Translations under genes and position numbers: made by a program
Part shown: piece after piece, positions 21,323-33,490 of the stretch
How positions within the stretch are numbered: the stretch's first letter is position 1
Layout of the letters: each line of letters opens with the position of its first letter
Assembly (NCBI GenBank): GCA_963778665.1
Contig: CAVZVG010000003.1
Location: forward strand, 463,766-527,765
Direction of reading: 5' to 3'
Length of the DNA stretch: 64,000 bases
Source of the DNA: an uncultured Gammaproteobacteria bacterium
Lineage (GTDB): Bacteria; Pseudomonadota; Gammaproteobacteria; JBBQDK01
The notes under the pieces: model-generated
Told to the model about the DNA's origin: nothing
What the model saw: only the letters and a program-made list of their open reading frames with translations
Database searches by the model: none

Positions 21323-21835
21323 ATGGCTGACGCTCCCGCCAATCCGGTTGTGGTGGGAAGGATCGCCGCCTTGTATGGAGTACGCGGCTGGGTCAAGGTG
21401 TTTTCACACACCGATCCGCGCGACAACATCCTGCACTATCAACCCTGGCTGGTGAAAATCAACGGCGCCTGGCATACGCTGGAACATGTTGAAGGCCGCA
21501 TCCATCAGCAGGGCATCGTGGCGCGACTGGATGGTTATGACGATCGCGATGCCGCCAGTACATTGCTGGGTTGCGATATCGCGGTGCGGCCCGAGCAGTT
21601 GGCGGTGCTGGCACCCGGTGAATACTACTGGTCCGAGTTGATCGGACTCGATGTCGTCACCACCGAGGGACTGCCGCTCGGCGTGGTGGAGAAATTGCTG
21701 GAAACCGGCTCGAACGATGTGCTGGTGGTGCAGGGCGAGCGCGAACGACTGATACCGTATTTGCCTGGGCAGGTGGTGATGAAGGTGGATAAGGAGCAGG
21801 GGCGCATCGAGGTCGATTGGGACCCTGAATTTTAA
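21323..21835 (+). CDS. rimM: Ribosome maturation factor RimM
   Basis: VVGRI..YGVRGWVKV, EYYWSELIG, ETGSNDVLVV, DWDPEF. Confidence 0.97.
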   Translation: MADAPANPVVVGRIAALYGVRGWVKVFSHTDPRDNILHYQPWLVKINGAWHTLEHVEGRIHQQGIVARLDGYDDRDAASTLLGCDIAVRPEQLAVLAPGEYYWSELIGLDVVTTEGLPLGVVEKLLETGSNDVLVVQGERERLIPYLPGQVVMKVDKEQGRIEVDWDPEF

Positions 21836-21840
21836 TCAGG

Positions 21841-21930
21841 AGTAGCGAGTATCTAGTAGCTAGTGTCGAGTAGGCACTGACGAGCACGTCATCGACGATA
21901 CTAGTAACTAGCTACTTGCTGCTAGCTACT
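21841..21930. repeat. Inverted array of 7-bp units (AGTAGCG/AGTAGCT) inside the rimM-trmD operon
   Basis: AGTAGCG-AGTATCT-AGTAGCT-AGTGTCG ... CGATACT-AGTAACT-AGCTACT-TGCTGCT-AGCTACT. Confidence 0.75.
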
Positions 21931-21936
21931 AAATTT

Positions 21937-22692
21937 ATGCGCATCGATGTCGTCACGTTGTTCCCGGAGATGGTCCAGTCCATGTCCGGATACGGCATCG
22001 CCGGACGGGCGCTGGAGCGTGGCATCATCTCGCTCGCGACGTGGAATCCCAGGGATTACGCCCTGGACCGGCACCGCACCGTGGATGACCGCCCGTACGG
22101 CGGCGGCCCCGGGATGGTGATGAAGGTGGAGCCTTTGCGCGCGGCAATCCGCGATGCGCGGACGGCAGCCGGTAGTGCGGCACGGGTCTTGTACCTGTCG
22201 CCGCAGGGCCGCAAGCTCGATCAGGCCGGGGTCGGTGAACTGGCGCAGCGCAACGGCCTGATATTGGTGGCCGGGCGCTACGAAGGCATCGACGAGCGGC
22301 TGGTCGAGAGCGAGATCGATGAGGAATGGTCGATCGGCGATTATGTATTGAGCGGCGGTGAACTGCCGGCGCTGGTGCTGATCGATGCGGTGACACGGTT
22401 GTTGCCGGGCGCGTTGGGCGATGCGGATTCCGCACAGCAGGATTCCTTCATGGAGGGCCTGCTCGATTATCCGCATTACACGCGGCCCGAAGTGCTCGAA
22501 GGACAGAGCGTACCGACGGTGCTGATCGGCGGCGACCACGCCGCGATCCACCGCTGGCGGCGCAAGCAGGCCCTGGGACGGACCTGGCTGCGGCGCCCCG
22601 AGTTGTTGCAGACCGTTGCCTTGGATGACGAGGCGCGGCGCTTGTTGGATGAATTCATCAGGGAACGGCCAGGGGCTGTACCTGACAAATAA
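21937..22692 (+). CDS. trmD: tRNA (guanine37-N1)-methyltransferase
   Basis: [33 protein letters not shown]. Confidence 0.99.
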   Translation: MRIDVVTLFPEMVQSMSGYGIAGRALERGIISLATWNPRDYALDRHRTVDDRPYGGGPGMVMKVEPLRAAIRDARTAAGSAARVLYLSPQGRKLDQAGVGELAQRNGLILVAGRYEGIDERLVESEIDEEWSIGDYVLSGGELPALVLIDAVTRLLPGALGDADSAQQDSFMEGLLDYPHYTRPEVLEGQSVPTVLIGGDHAAIHRWRRKQALGRTWLRRPELLQTVALDDEARRLLDEFIRERPGAVPDK

Positions 22693-22728
22693 CGATTTAC
22701 GAACATATACGGTATCGAGGAGTTTGGT

Positions 22729-23091
22729 ATGAACAAGATCATTGCCCAGTTGGATGCGGAACAGATGCAGCGCGAAGTTCCGGTGTTTTCACCCGGTGAC
22801 GTCGTGGTGGTGCATGTAAAAGTCGTGGAAGGCACCCGTGAGCGTACCCAGGCCTTCGAAGGCGTGGTCATTGCCAAGAGCAATCGCGGTCTCAATAGCT
22901 CGTTCACGGTGCGCAAGGTGTCGCACGGCGAAGGCGTTGAACGCGTGTTCCAGACCTTCAGCCCCAGCGTGCAGAAGATCGAGCTCAAGCGCCGTGGTGC
23001 AGTGCGTCGCGCCAAGCTCTATTACCTGCGTGATCGCCAGGGCAAGTCGGCCCGTATCAAAGAGAAGCTGCAGGTCAGAACGCCGGCCTGA
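22729..23091 (+). CDS. rplS: 50S ribosomal protein L19
   Basis: [34 protein letters not shown]. Confidence 0.99.
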   Translation: MNKIIAQLDAEQMQREVPVFSPGDVVVVHVKVVEGTRERTQAFEGVVIAKSNRGLNSSFTVRKVSHGEGVERVFQTFSPSVQKIELKRRGAVRRAKLYYLRDRQGKSARIKEKLQVRTPA

Positions 23092-23113
23092 GGGTAAAGG
23101 CAACAGCTGTACG

Positions 23114-23147
23114 AAAACGGCCGGAATTTATCCCGGCCGTTTTTTTT
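23114..23147 (+). terminator. Intrinsic terminator after rplS
   Basis: AAAACGGCCGG-loop-CCGGCCGTTTTTTTT. Confidence 0.8.
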
Positions 23148-23196
23148 CGGCTATCATTTTCCGGGCGGTATTTCGCGGCCGCATGGGAGAACGTCC

Positions 23197-23697
23197 ATGA
23201 GCAGACATGATCGCTATCACGGCATCGTCGCGGCGCCATGGGGCGCGCTGGGTTACGAGATCCGGGACGGTGCTTTGGCCAGTATCGATTTCCTGTCGTC
23301 ACGCATCGCCGCGCGTTCGGCCCGTGATGCACTGGGTCGTCGCATAGAGGCCCAGTTGCTGCGTTTCTTCCAGGACCCCGGCGCCGGTTTCGATATCCCC
23401 TTGCAGCCGCATGGTACGGCGTATCAGCGCCGGGTATGGTCCGCGATGCAGCGCATCGCGCCAGGTGAGCGCATGACCTATGGCGAGTTGGCGCGCCGTC
23501 TGAAAAGCGGCCCGCGCGCAGTGGGCGGGGCCTGCCGCGCCAATCCCATTCCCCTCGTCATACCCTGTCATCGCGTGGTCGCCGCGCAAGGATTGGGTGG
23601 ATATTGCGGCGCACCGACCGAGCGCATGCAACGGGTCAAGCAGTGGCTGTTGGCGCATGAAGCGGGTCTGGCACCCGACACCACGCTGCCGAGTTGA
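23197..23697 (+). CDS. ogt: Methylated-DNA--protein-cysteine methyltransferase
   Basis: GTAYQRRVW, TYGELA, RAVGGAC, IPCHRVV active site. Confidence 0.9.
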   Translation: MSRHDRYHGIVAAPWGALGYEIRDGALASIDFLSSRIAARSARDALGRRIEAQLLRFFQDPGAGFDIPLQPHGTAYQRRVWSAMQRIAPGERMTYGELARRLKSGPRAVGGACRANPIPLVIPCHRVVAAQGLGGYCGAPTERMQRVKQWLLAHEAGLAPDTTLPS

Positions 23698-23963
23698 GAT
23701 ATCGGCTCACCCCTATAAATTACAATATTCCCCTGGCAAGCGGGGATCCAGTAGCTTCATCAGTTGGCGCCTGGATTTCCGCAGGTGCGGGAATTCAGGC
23801 TTTTTTCAGCATTCACCCGGGAAAATGCTGTTGCGTATTTGTCTATTGCGCCGCATGTACGTTCTGCTCCGGGCCTAGCAAAGTCTGTGGGGACATCTTC
23901 ACGCATCAAGCCAGCAAGTCGATCTAAGGCCCTGTCGAGGCTGTTTATTGATTCGTGAAAGTA

Positions 23964-23992
23964 TTGACAATCGGGATGTTCCTTGTCATGCT
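23964..23992 (+). promoter_or_regulatory. Sigma-70 promoter of the FadL-like gene, with an overlapping TGACAA/TTGTCA inverted repeat
   Basis: TTGACA-N17-CATGCT; TGACAA-N12-TTGTCA dyad. Confidence 0.55.
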
Positions 23993-24115
23993 TCCGCCGC
24001 CGAGTGTTGGTTGTTGGCAAAATGCAACAATAAAGTTTTCAAGTTACTGGCTGGCGTGTCGCTAAATAGCGCCGACGACTCAAACATACCACTCCCCATC
24101 CCGGAGGAAAGTAAC

Positions 24116-25602
24116 ATGATGCAGAACACCCGATTCAAACTCAGCGCCCTGGCGATTGCGACCGCAATGGCTTGTTCGCCGGCGGCTTTCGCGACTAACG
24201 GTTACTTCGTACATGGTTATGGCACCAAAGCCAACGGTATGGGTGGTGTCGGTGTAGCACTTCCCTCAGGACTCTCTGGCGGCAGCGACAAATCCGGCCG
24301 GTATGTCTTGGATCGGGAATCGCGCGCGATGTCGGGTATCAGCTATTCAATCCGCGCCGTGATGCCATCGCTCGATGCAACCGGTTTGGATGGAGACGGA
24401 CCTGGTCCTTATCAAGGCAGTGCCTCAAGCGCTGACAGCGGTGCAACATTATTCCTGATGCCCAATGCCGGGTTTCAAATGGATATGGCCGGCATGACGA
24501 TGGGCTTCGCCATGTATGCCAATGGTGGCATGAATACCCGTTATGGCACGAATATCTTTACCAATGCATTTGCCCGCCGTCGGCAATTCATCCAGTGCTA
24601 CATACGGCCCAACGGGTGGCTTTGCCAGCGCACTGGAACCACTGGCAATGTCCCGACGGCTACGATAGACGCATCTCTCGCCCAGCTTTACGGGAACCCG
24701 AACATTGGGCCTTCGCTTGGTGTGAATCTGTCGCAGTTGATTCTGCCTCCCAGCGTATCCATGAAAGTCGGTCGAACAATTCGGTGGGTGCGTCATTGCT
24801 CGTCGGATACCAGCGGTTTCGCGCCTATGGATTGGGGTGTTTCAGGGATGTCTATTGACCCTTCCAATGTCACGAACAAGGGTGATGATGATGCCTGGGG
24901 TGCCGGCGTACGCCTGGGTTGGACCGGTAAGCTTACTGACTACCTGACGCTCGGTGCGACTGCCTCGTCGAAAATCTACATGCAGAAATTCGAACGATAC
25001 AAAGGGCTTTTTGCCGAGGGTGGCAAATTTGACATACCGGCAAATTATGGTATGGGTTTGGCTCTGAAACCGTCTGACCAATGGACTGTCGCGTTCGACG
25101 CCGAGCGTATTCTCTATGGGGATGTCAAAGCGATCGCCAACCCTGGCCCGACGGGTGACGAGTTCTGGCCGCTTTTGCCTCCTCACTTAGTGGCGGCACT
25201 GCAGGCAGGTGTAAGCCACCCACTCGGTACCGACGGAGGGTATGGTTTCGGTTGGGAGAACCAGACCATATACAAGCTGGGTGTTAGCTTACCAATATGA
25301 TGATCAGTGGACAATGCGAGCCGGATTCAATTACGGTAAGAGCCCGATCAAGGATCATCAGAATCTCTTCAATATTATAGCGCCTGGTGTGGTTGAGAAG
25401 CATGCGACACTTGGGCTTCACATATAGCCCGACCAAGAGCTAATGAGATCAGCGTAGGCTTACATGCATGCCTTCAGGAAAGATCAAAGCTATACATACA
25501 CTAATCCTGGTTCGGTAGCGAACATTTGGTCCTCAATCGTATCAGGCCGATATCGGTATGTCTCAGAACTCTCTCGAAGTCAGCTACGGGATCAAGTTCT
25601 AA
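24116..25602 (+). CDS. FadL/TodX-family outer-membrane transport protein (several frameshifts)
   Basis: Signal peptide then ATNGYFVHGYGTKANGMGG; YANGGMNT; GLFAEGGKFDIP; GFGWENQT; MRAGFNYG; terminal YGIKF*. Confidence 0.85.
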
Positions 25603-25648
25603 GTCGGAGTTGGAAACGCCCTTGCAATCTGTAATTTGAGTCGGTATC

Positions 25649-25678
25649 AAAAGGGCCATGGTGACATGGCCCTTTTTT
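25649..25678 (+). terminator. Intrinsic terminator
   Basis: AAAAGGGCCATG-GTGA-CATGGCCCTTTTTT. Confidence 0.8.
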
Positions 25679-25750
25679 CTGTAAATCGGAGCGGATTTGG
25701 TGGATACTGCCAAGGCGCGCAGGTTTCAAAATAACGATGGAGGATACGAC

Positions 25751-26668
25751 GTGAATTTGATTAGAACATTGAAAACAGTATTCGCTGCCGGATTCGTGGT
25801 TCTCGCGATGAGCATTGGCAGCGCGCGGGCCGATGATGATCTGATGAAACCGTTTACCCTGGCTTTCACCAGCACGGGTGACATGAAGGAAAAGATCGCG
25901 GTCGTGAAGGGTGCTTTGCAGGCCAAGGGCTTCGAGGTGGTTGGCGAGTATGAACCCTATGACAATGCGCATATCATCATCGTCACCAGTGACGAACTGA
26001 AAAAAGCAGCCAAGGATAACGATATGGGCGGTTTCGCGGCGGGCGAGCGCGTGGCCGTGACCAAGGTCGGTGACCAGATCCAGGTCACCTACGTCAACCC
26101 GATGTACATGAGTAATGCCTATCGGATGAAAACCGACCTGTCCAATGTCGCGGCCAAGATCCAGGCGGCCATCGGCAAGGTCGAGGACTTCGGTGCGAAG
26201 GGTCTGACAGTCCACAAACTGCGTAAATACCACTACACCTTCGGTATGGAGTACTTCAAGGACGTCTACAAGCTGGCCAGTTACGACAGCTACCAGGATG
26301 CAGTGAAGGCCGTCGAGAGCGATCTGGCGTCCAACAAGCATGGCATCGGCAAGGTATATCGCATTGATATCCCCGGCAAGGAAGAGACCGTCTTCGGTAT
26401 CTCCATGAAGGGTGTGACGCCGGACGACAAATACTACGACGATAAATACCAGATGAGTGTCGTTGACTTCGCCCCGATCCGCTCCACGGCATACCTGCCT
26501 TACGAAGTGATGGTCGAGGGCAATAAAGTGATCGCCTTGCACATGCGCTTCCGCATGGCCGTCTACTTCCCGGATCTGAAGATGATGGGTTCATCGAGCT
26601 TCATGACCCTCATGCCCAGCCCGGGTGCGATCGAAACAGTCCTGAGCGACACGATGAACGGCAAATAA
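25751..26668 (+). CDS. Periplasmic protein of unknown function (possibly DUF302-like repeats)
   Basis: GGAGG RBS, GTG start, Sec signal ending ARA-DD; apparently biased codon usage; own terminator. Confidence 0.75.
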   Translation: MNLIRTLKTVFAAGFVVLAMSIGSARADDDLMKPFTLAFTSTGDMKEKIAVVKGALQAKGFEVVGEYEPYDNAHIIIVTSDELKKAAKDNDMGGFAAGERVAVTKVGDQIQVTYVNPMYMSNAYRMKTDLSNVAAKIQAAIGKVEDFGAKGLTVHKLRKYHYTFGMEYFKDVYKLASYDSYQDAVKAVESDLASNKHGIGKVYRIDIPGKEETVFGISMKGVTPDDKYYDDKYQMSVVDFAPIRSTAYLPYEVMVEGNKVIALHMRFRMAVYFPDLKMMGSSSFMTLMPSPGAIETVLSDTMNGK

Positions 26669-26690
26669 CCGCCATCTCGTCTCCTCCACT

Positions 26691-26718
26691 GAAACCCCGC
26701 TGCGGCGGGGTTTTTTTT
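26691..26718 (+). terminator. Intrinsic terminator
   Basis: GAAACCCCGC-TGCG-GCGGGGTTTTTTTT. Confidence 0.85.
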
Positions 26719-26982
26719 ATTTCCCCTATCATGTCGTCACCGGACGTGCCGCTAACATCGGGGCAGGGTTGCATGAGTCCGGACTGGGAAGCGCGGCTAA
26801 TTGGCATCCATATTGCTGCATCCAGTCTGAGAGTCGGAAAACCGACGGTCTGCCCGTGAGAATACAAGGGCAGAGAATAGAATATTGGCCTGCCGTGACA
26901 CACACGCTGAAAGGTTTGTTGCCGTGGCAGCGGAGTGTCAATGCACTGCTGAGTCCGATCTGATATCGATGCGAGGAAGGCG

Positions 26983-28161
26983 ATGAAACCAAGTATTTTG
27001 CGCACCCTGTTGTTTTCTTTCCTGGGGTTTGGTCTGTTCATGGGAATGTGCGTGAGCCTCTTCGGGCGCCTGCTGACCACGGCATTCCCTGATTCCCAGT
27101 TTCTTCAGGTGACGGCGTATTTGGCTACCGGCCTGATCGCCGGCAGTGTCAACTACTGGCTGGTGAACAAAATATTGCTGCAGAAACTGCGGCGTATCTC
27201 GGAGGTGGCCAATGCGGTCAGCAAGGGGGACATCAGTAATCATTGCGACATGGAAAGCCATGATCTGATCGGAGATATCGTCAAGAGCTTCAATGAAATG
27301 GCGCAGAATCTGCGCAGCATGATCGGCGAGATTACCGGCTCCACGGCGCAGCTCGCCTCGGCCGCGGAAGAACTGACCACCATCACCGAGCACACCAGTC
27401 ACGGTATCCGTCAGCAGCAGGCTGAAATCGATCAGGTCGCAACGGCAGTCAACGAAATGGTCGCGACGGTGCAGGAAGTCGCCCGCAATGCCGAACAGGC
27501 GGCCCACGCCGCGCAGAACGCCGATCAGAGCGCCAAGAGCGGCGCGCTGGTCGCCACCGAGGCCATGGGCGGCATCGATGCACTGGTCAACGAAGTGGAG
27601 AAGTCCGCTGCCGTGATTCACGAGCTGGAAGCGGAGAGCGAGAGCATCGGCATGGTGCTGGACGTCATCAAGGGCATCGCCGAACAGACCAACCTGCTGG
27701 CCCTGAACGCGGCCATCGAAGCGGCGCGTGCCGGTGAGCAGGGCCGCGGCTTCGCGGTGGTGGCCGACGAGGTGCGCACCCTGGCCTCGCGCACGCAGAA
27801 GTCCACCCAGGAAATTCACACCATGATCGAGCGCCTGCAGTCCGGTGCCAGCAACGCGGTGAAGGTCATGGAGTCGGCGCGCGCCCAGGGCAAGAAGGGC
27901 GTGGATCAGGTCGAGAAGGCCGCCGAATCGCTGGCCGAGATCGCCGGTGCGGTCGCCACCATCAATGACATGAACACTCAGATCGCCAGTGCCGCCGAGG
28001 AACAGAGTGCCGTGGCCGAGGAGATCAATCGCAACGTCGTCAACATCAGCCAGGCGGCGGTGCAGAGCGCGAGCGGGTCGGAGAAAACGGCATCGTCCAG
28101 CGAGGACCTGGCGCGTCTGGCCGGGCAATTACAGAATCTGGTGGGGCGCTTCACTATGTAG
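26983..28161 (+). CDS. Methyl-accepting chemotaxis protein (2 TM, HAMP, signalling domain)
   Basis: [34 protein letters not shown] hairpin; very short region between the TM helices. Confidence 0.97.
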   Translation: MKPSILRTLLFSFLGFGLFMGMCVSLFGRLLTTAFPDSQFLQVTAYLATGLIAGSVNYWLVNKILLQKLRRISEVANAVSKGDISNHCDMESHDLIGDIVKSFNEMAQNLRSMIGEITGSTAQLASAAEELTTITEHTSHGIRQQQAEIDQVATAVNEMVATVQEVARNAEQAAHAAQNADQSAKSGALVATEAMGGIDALVNEVEKSAAVIHELEAESESIGMVLDVIKGIAEQTNLLALNAAIEAARAGEQGRGFAVVADEVRTLASRTQKSTQEIHTMIERLQSGASNAVKVMESARAQGKKGVDQVEKAAESLAEIAGAVATINDMNTQIASAAEEQSAVAEEINRNVVNISQAAVQSASGSEKTASSSEDLARLAGQLQNLVGRFTM

Positions 28162-28198
28162 GACGATTTGGTTCGGAATGCGCCGGGGAAACCCGGCC

Positions 28199-28227
28199 GA
28201 CAAAGGCGGCCTTGGGCCGCCTTTGTC
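28199..28227. terminator. Hairpin after MCP
   Basis: GACAAAGGCGGCC-TTG-GGCCGCCTTTGTC. Confidence 0.65.
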
Positions 28228-28229
28228 AT

Positions 28230-28270
28230 TTGACGCCCATCAAAGTTGTTGCGGTTCAATTCAGTATACT
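28230..28270 (+). promoter_or_regulatory. FNR/Anr-like box with class II-positioned -10 element
   Basis: TTGAC-GCCC-ATCAA (28230-28243; consensus TTGAT-N4-ATCAA) centred about 28.5 bp upstream of TATACT (28265-28270). Confidence 0.6.
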
Positions 28271-28302
28271 GCACCCGACCTAACTGAAGAGGCGATAGTC
28301 CG

Positions 28303-29337
28303 ATGCGACAGGTTCTAGTGTGCATGCTGCTGCTCGCGACCGTGTCCGGCGTCAAGGCCGCTCGGACGCTGCCGTTTCAGGTGGCGACGGTCACTGAACA
28401 ATCCATACTCCAGGAACAGTTGTTCGATGCGACGGTCGAGGCCGTCAATCAGTCCACCGTTTCGGCACAGGTGGCGGGGCGCATTGAATCGATCGCCGTC
28501 GATGTCGATGATTACGTGGCCAAGGATGCCGTGATCCTGCGTTTCAGAAGTCCGGAGCAGCGCGCCGGTGTGGAGGCGATGCAGGCCACACTCAGGGAAG
28601 CGCAGGCACGTCGCCAGGAGGCCGCGGCGGAGTTTGCCCGCGTGAAGAGCGTGTACGCGCGACGGCTGGTGGCAAAGTCGGCGCTGGACAAGGCCAGTGC
28701 CGATCTGAAGGCCGCCCAGGCGCGGCTCGATGCGGCGCAGGCCAGTCTGGTGCAGGCACAGGAGCAGCTCGGTCACACCGAGGTCCGGGCGCCGTTCAGT
28801 GGCATCGTGGTGAAGCGCCATGTCCAGGTCGGCGAGAGTGTCACCCCCGGTCAGCCGCTGATCACGGGCCTTTCACTGGACACACTCCGCGCGGTGGCCG
28901 ACGTGCCACAGACACTCATCGCCGCCGTGCGTAGCCGCAATGTCGCCCATGTGCTGCTGCCCGGTCCGGATGCCCGCACGGTCACCGTGTCCGGTCTCAC
29001 TGTATTTCCCTACGCCGATCCGCAGACGCACACGTTCAAGGTGCGTGCGAAGCTGCCCCCCGGCCTGCACGATATCTATCCCGGCATGCTGATCAAGGTG
29101 GCCTTCATCATCGGCGAGCAGACCACTACGCTGGTGCCTGACAAGGCCGTCGTACACCGCAGCGAAGTCACCGCGGTGTACGTGGTGGACAAGAGCGATC
29201 ATGTGGCGCTGCGACAAGTGCGAGTCGGGCGTCACTATGACGCGGGCGGCTTCGAAGTGCTGGCGGGCTTGCAGGCCGGCGAGCGCGTGGCGCTCGATCC
29301 GATCCGCGCAGGCATGTATCTGAAGAACAATCCGTAG
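28303..29337 (+). CDS. RND efflux membrane fusion protein
   Basis: VSAQVAGRI, EVRAPFSGIV..V.VGESVTPGQPL, AVVHRSEVTAVYV, VLAGL..GERV. Confidence 0.92.
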   Translation: MRQVLVCMLLLATVSGVKAARTLPFQVATVTEQSILQEQLFDATVEAVNQSTVSAQVAGRIESIAVDVDDYVAKDAVILRFRSPEQRAGVEAMQATLREAQARRQEAAAEFARVKSVYARRLVAKSALDKASADLKAAQARLDAAQASLVQAQEQLGHTEVRAPFSGIVVKRHVQVGESVTPGQPLITGLSLDTLRAVADVPQTLIAAVRSRNVAHVLLPGPDARTVTVSGLTVFPYADPQTHTFKVRAKLPPGLHDIYPGMLIKVAFIIGEQTTTLVPDKAVVHRSEVTAVYVVDKSDHVALRQVRVGRHYDAGGFEVLAGLQAGERVALDPIRAGMYLKNNP

Positions 29338-29367
29338 GGTGATTCAGATGACGGGTGAACGCAGCGC

Positions 29368-32300
29368 ATGACTGACAAGCTCGGCATCTCCGGCAGCATC
29401 GCCAGAAAATTCCTGCACTCGGAGATTACCCCGCTGCTGGCGCTGGTCGGGTTTCTGCTGGGCCTGTTCGCGGTGATGATCACGCCGCGCGAAGAAGAAC
29501 CGCAGATCAATGTCACCTTCGCCAATGTGTTCATTCCCTTTCCGGGCGCCAGCGCCGCCGAGGTCGAACACCTGGTCACGACGCCGGCCGAGCAGGTGCT
29601 GTCGGAAATCGAAGGCGTGCGGCATATCTATTCCGTGTCGCGGCCGGGCATGGCGATACTCACCGTCGAATACTATGTCGGTCAGGACCGCACGCAGGCG
29701 ATCGTGCGGCTGTATAACTCGGTGTACTCGCATCAGGACTGGTTGCCGCCGAATCTCGGTGTCGGTCCGCCGCTGATCAAGCCCAAGGGCATCGACGATG
29801 TGCCGATCGTGGCGGGCACTCTGTGGACCGAGGACCGCACGCACGGCGCCTACGAGTTGCAGCAAGTAGCACATGCCATCGAGGCCGAGCTCAAGCGCGT
29901 GCCTGGCACGCGCGACATCTACACGATCGGCGGTCCCGACGCGGTGGTGCGCGTGCAGCTCGATGCGCAGAAGCTGGCCGGCTATGGCATCGCCATCGAT
30001 GATCTGCGCAACGCGCTGAGCGCTGGCAATGTCGCGCGCGATGCGGGCAGTGTGGTCGGCGGCAATCGTGAAATGCCGGTGCAGGCCGGCACCTTTTTCA
30101 GCACGCTGGAGGATATCAGCGGTCTGGTGGTCGGTGTGCACAACGGTGCGCCGGTATTCCTGCGCGACGTCGCCACGATCCGTCGCGGCCCGGATAAACC
30201 GGAACGCTACGCCTGGTTCGGCACCGGGCCCGCCGCGGCGGACAAGGGCATTACGGCACACGGTGAGTTTCCCGCGGTGACGCTGGCCATCGCCAAGAAG
30301 CCGGGCACCAATGCCGTGACCATCGCCAATCAGGTGATCCAGCGTTTCGAACAGTTGAAGGGTACCTTCGTTCCGCAGGGCGTCCACGCCACCATCACCC
30401 GTAATTATGGTGTCACCGCCAACGACAAGGCGCAGACGCTGATCGGCAAGCTGATCTTCGCGACCTCCTTCGTCGTGCTGCTGGTGCTGGTGGCGCTGGG
30501 TTGGCGCGAGGCCTTGATCGTCGGCACGGCGGTGGTCATCACGCTGGCCATCACGCTGTTCGCTTCCTGGGCCTGGGGTTTCACGCTCAATCGCGTATCG
30601 CTGTTCGCGCTGATTTTTTCCATCGGCATTCTGGTGGATGACGCAATCGTCGTGGTCGAGAACATTCATCGCCACATTCAGCTCGGCGGCAGAACATTGG
30701 CCGAGGCGATTCCCATCGCCGTCGACGAAGTCGGCGGACCGACCATCCTTGCGACATTCACCGTCATCGCGGCGCTGTTGCCGATGGCATTTGTCACCGG
30801 CCTGATGGGCCCGTACATGAGTCCGATCCCGATCAATGCCAGTATCGGCATGCTGATTTCACTGGCGGTGGCCTTCGTCGTAACGCCGTGGCTGACCTTT
30901 AAAGTGCTGAAGAATGCACCTGCGCACAGTCACGAAGGCGACATCACCGGCGGCAAGTTATACGGCTTCTTCAAGCGTCGCATCGGTCCCTATCTGAGCG
31001 GCGATGCCGGCGCGCCGCGGCGGCGCCGGCTGTTGTGGGTGGTGCTCGCGCTGATCGTGGTGTCGATTGGACTGGTGGCGATCAAGCTGGTGGTGCTGAA
31101 GATGCTGCCCTTCGACAACAAATCGGAATTCCAGGTAGTCGTGGACATGCCGGAGGGTACACCGCTGGAGCAGACCACGCGCGTGCTCGGCGAACTCGGG
31201 CGTTATCTCGCCGGTGTTGCGGAAGTCACCGACTACCAGGTGTATGCCGGTACGGCGGCACCGATCAACTTCAATGGTCTGGTGCGCCAGTATTATCTGC
31301 GGCGCGCGCCGAACCTCGGTGACATCCAGGTCAATCTGGCCGACAAGAAACACCGTCACCGCAAGAGTCACGAGATTGCGCTCTCGGTACGTGCGCCCTT
31401 GCAGAAAATCGGCGCGCCGTATGGCGCCAACGTCAAGATCGTCGAGATGCCGCCCGGCCCGCCGGTACAGGCGCCGCTGGTCGCGGAGATCTACGGCATG
31501 GATTACGATGGCCAGATCCGCGTCGCCAAACAGGTGCGCAGTGTCTTCAGTCACCACGCCGGATATCGTCGATGTCGACGACAGCGTCGAGAGCGAGGCC
31601 GACAAGTGGATCGTCCATGTCGATCGCCAGAAAGCAGCCATACTCGGTGTCGCGCAACAGACGGTCGTCGCCGCACTGACGGCGGCGCTGAGTGGCGAGG
31701 ATGCCAGTTATCTGCACAGCGACAGCGCCAAATATCCTGTCCCGATTCGACTGGAAATGCCGGTGGCGGAGCAGGCCGACATCGGCCGTCTGCTGGCACT
31801 CAGGGTGCGCGCCGTGAATGGCGCGCTGATACCGCTGGCCGATATCGTGCAGGTGGAGCGCGCGTCGCGCGAGCACGCGATCTATCACAAGGACCTGCTG
31901 CCGGTCGTATACGTTACCGGCGACATGGCAGGCCGTCTCGACAGTCCTTTATATGGCATGTTCAGTATCCGCAGCAAACTGGCCGGACAGATCACCGAGG
32001 ATGGCGCGCCGCTCAACCAGTACCTGGTCAGTCCGCCGGACAACCCCTATCAATACGGCTTGAAGTGGGACGGCGAATGGCAGGTGACCTATGAAACCTT
32101 CCGCGACATGGGCATCGCCTACTCGGTGGGGCTGCTATTGATTTATCTGCTGGTGGTCGCGCAGTTCCGTTCCTATCTCGTGCCGCTGATCATCATGGCG
32201 CCGATCCCTCTGACCGTGATCGGTGTGATGCCCGGGCATGCGCTGTTGGGGGCGCAGTTCACCGCGACCTCGATGATCGGCATGATCGCGCTCGCCGGCA

Positions 32301-32585
32301 TCATCGTGCGCAATTCCATTCTCCTGGTGGATTTCATCAACCAGCAGGTCGCGAGCGGTGTGGATTTCGAAGAGGCCGTGATCCGCTCCGGCGCCGTGCG
32401 CGCCAAACCCATCATCCTCACCGGTCTGGCGGCGATGCTGGGGGCGCTTGTTCATTCTCGACGATCCGATCTTCAGCGGTCTGGCCATCACGCTGATCTT
32501 CGGCATCCTGGTGTCGACGCTGCTGACCCTGGTGGTGATTCCGGTGCTGTATTACGCGGCGATGCGGCGGCGTCTGGTCGGATAG
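29368..32585 (+). CDS. RND (AcrB-family) efflux permease (frameshifts near 31550 and 32450)
   Basis: TPREEEPQI, GILVDDAIVVVENI, KMLPFDNKSE, GIIVRNSILLVDF, RAKPIILT; true C-terminus ends at TAG 32583-32585. Confidence 0.92.
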
Positions 32586-32635
32586 GCGCCCGCGCTGTCA
32601 GCAAGCTGCTCGACCCTCACTGCCGCACGAGGGAG

Positions 32636-33486
<851 letters not shown>

Positions 33487-33490
<4 letters not shown>

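Noticed and set aside
26720-26980. c-di-GMP or other riboswitch upstream of the MCP or fadL
   Set aside because: No GEMM-like GGCAAA/GAAA/CGCAAAG pattern or other aptamer consensus seen by eye; an Infernal/Rfam scan would settle it
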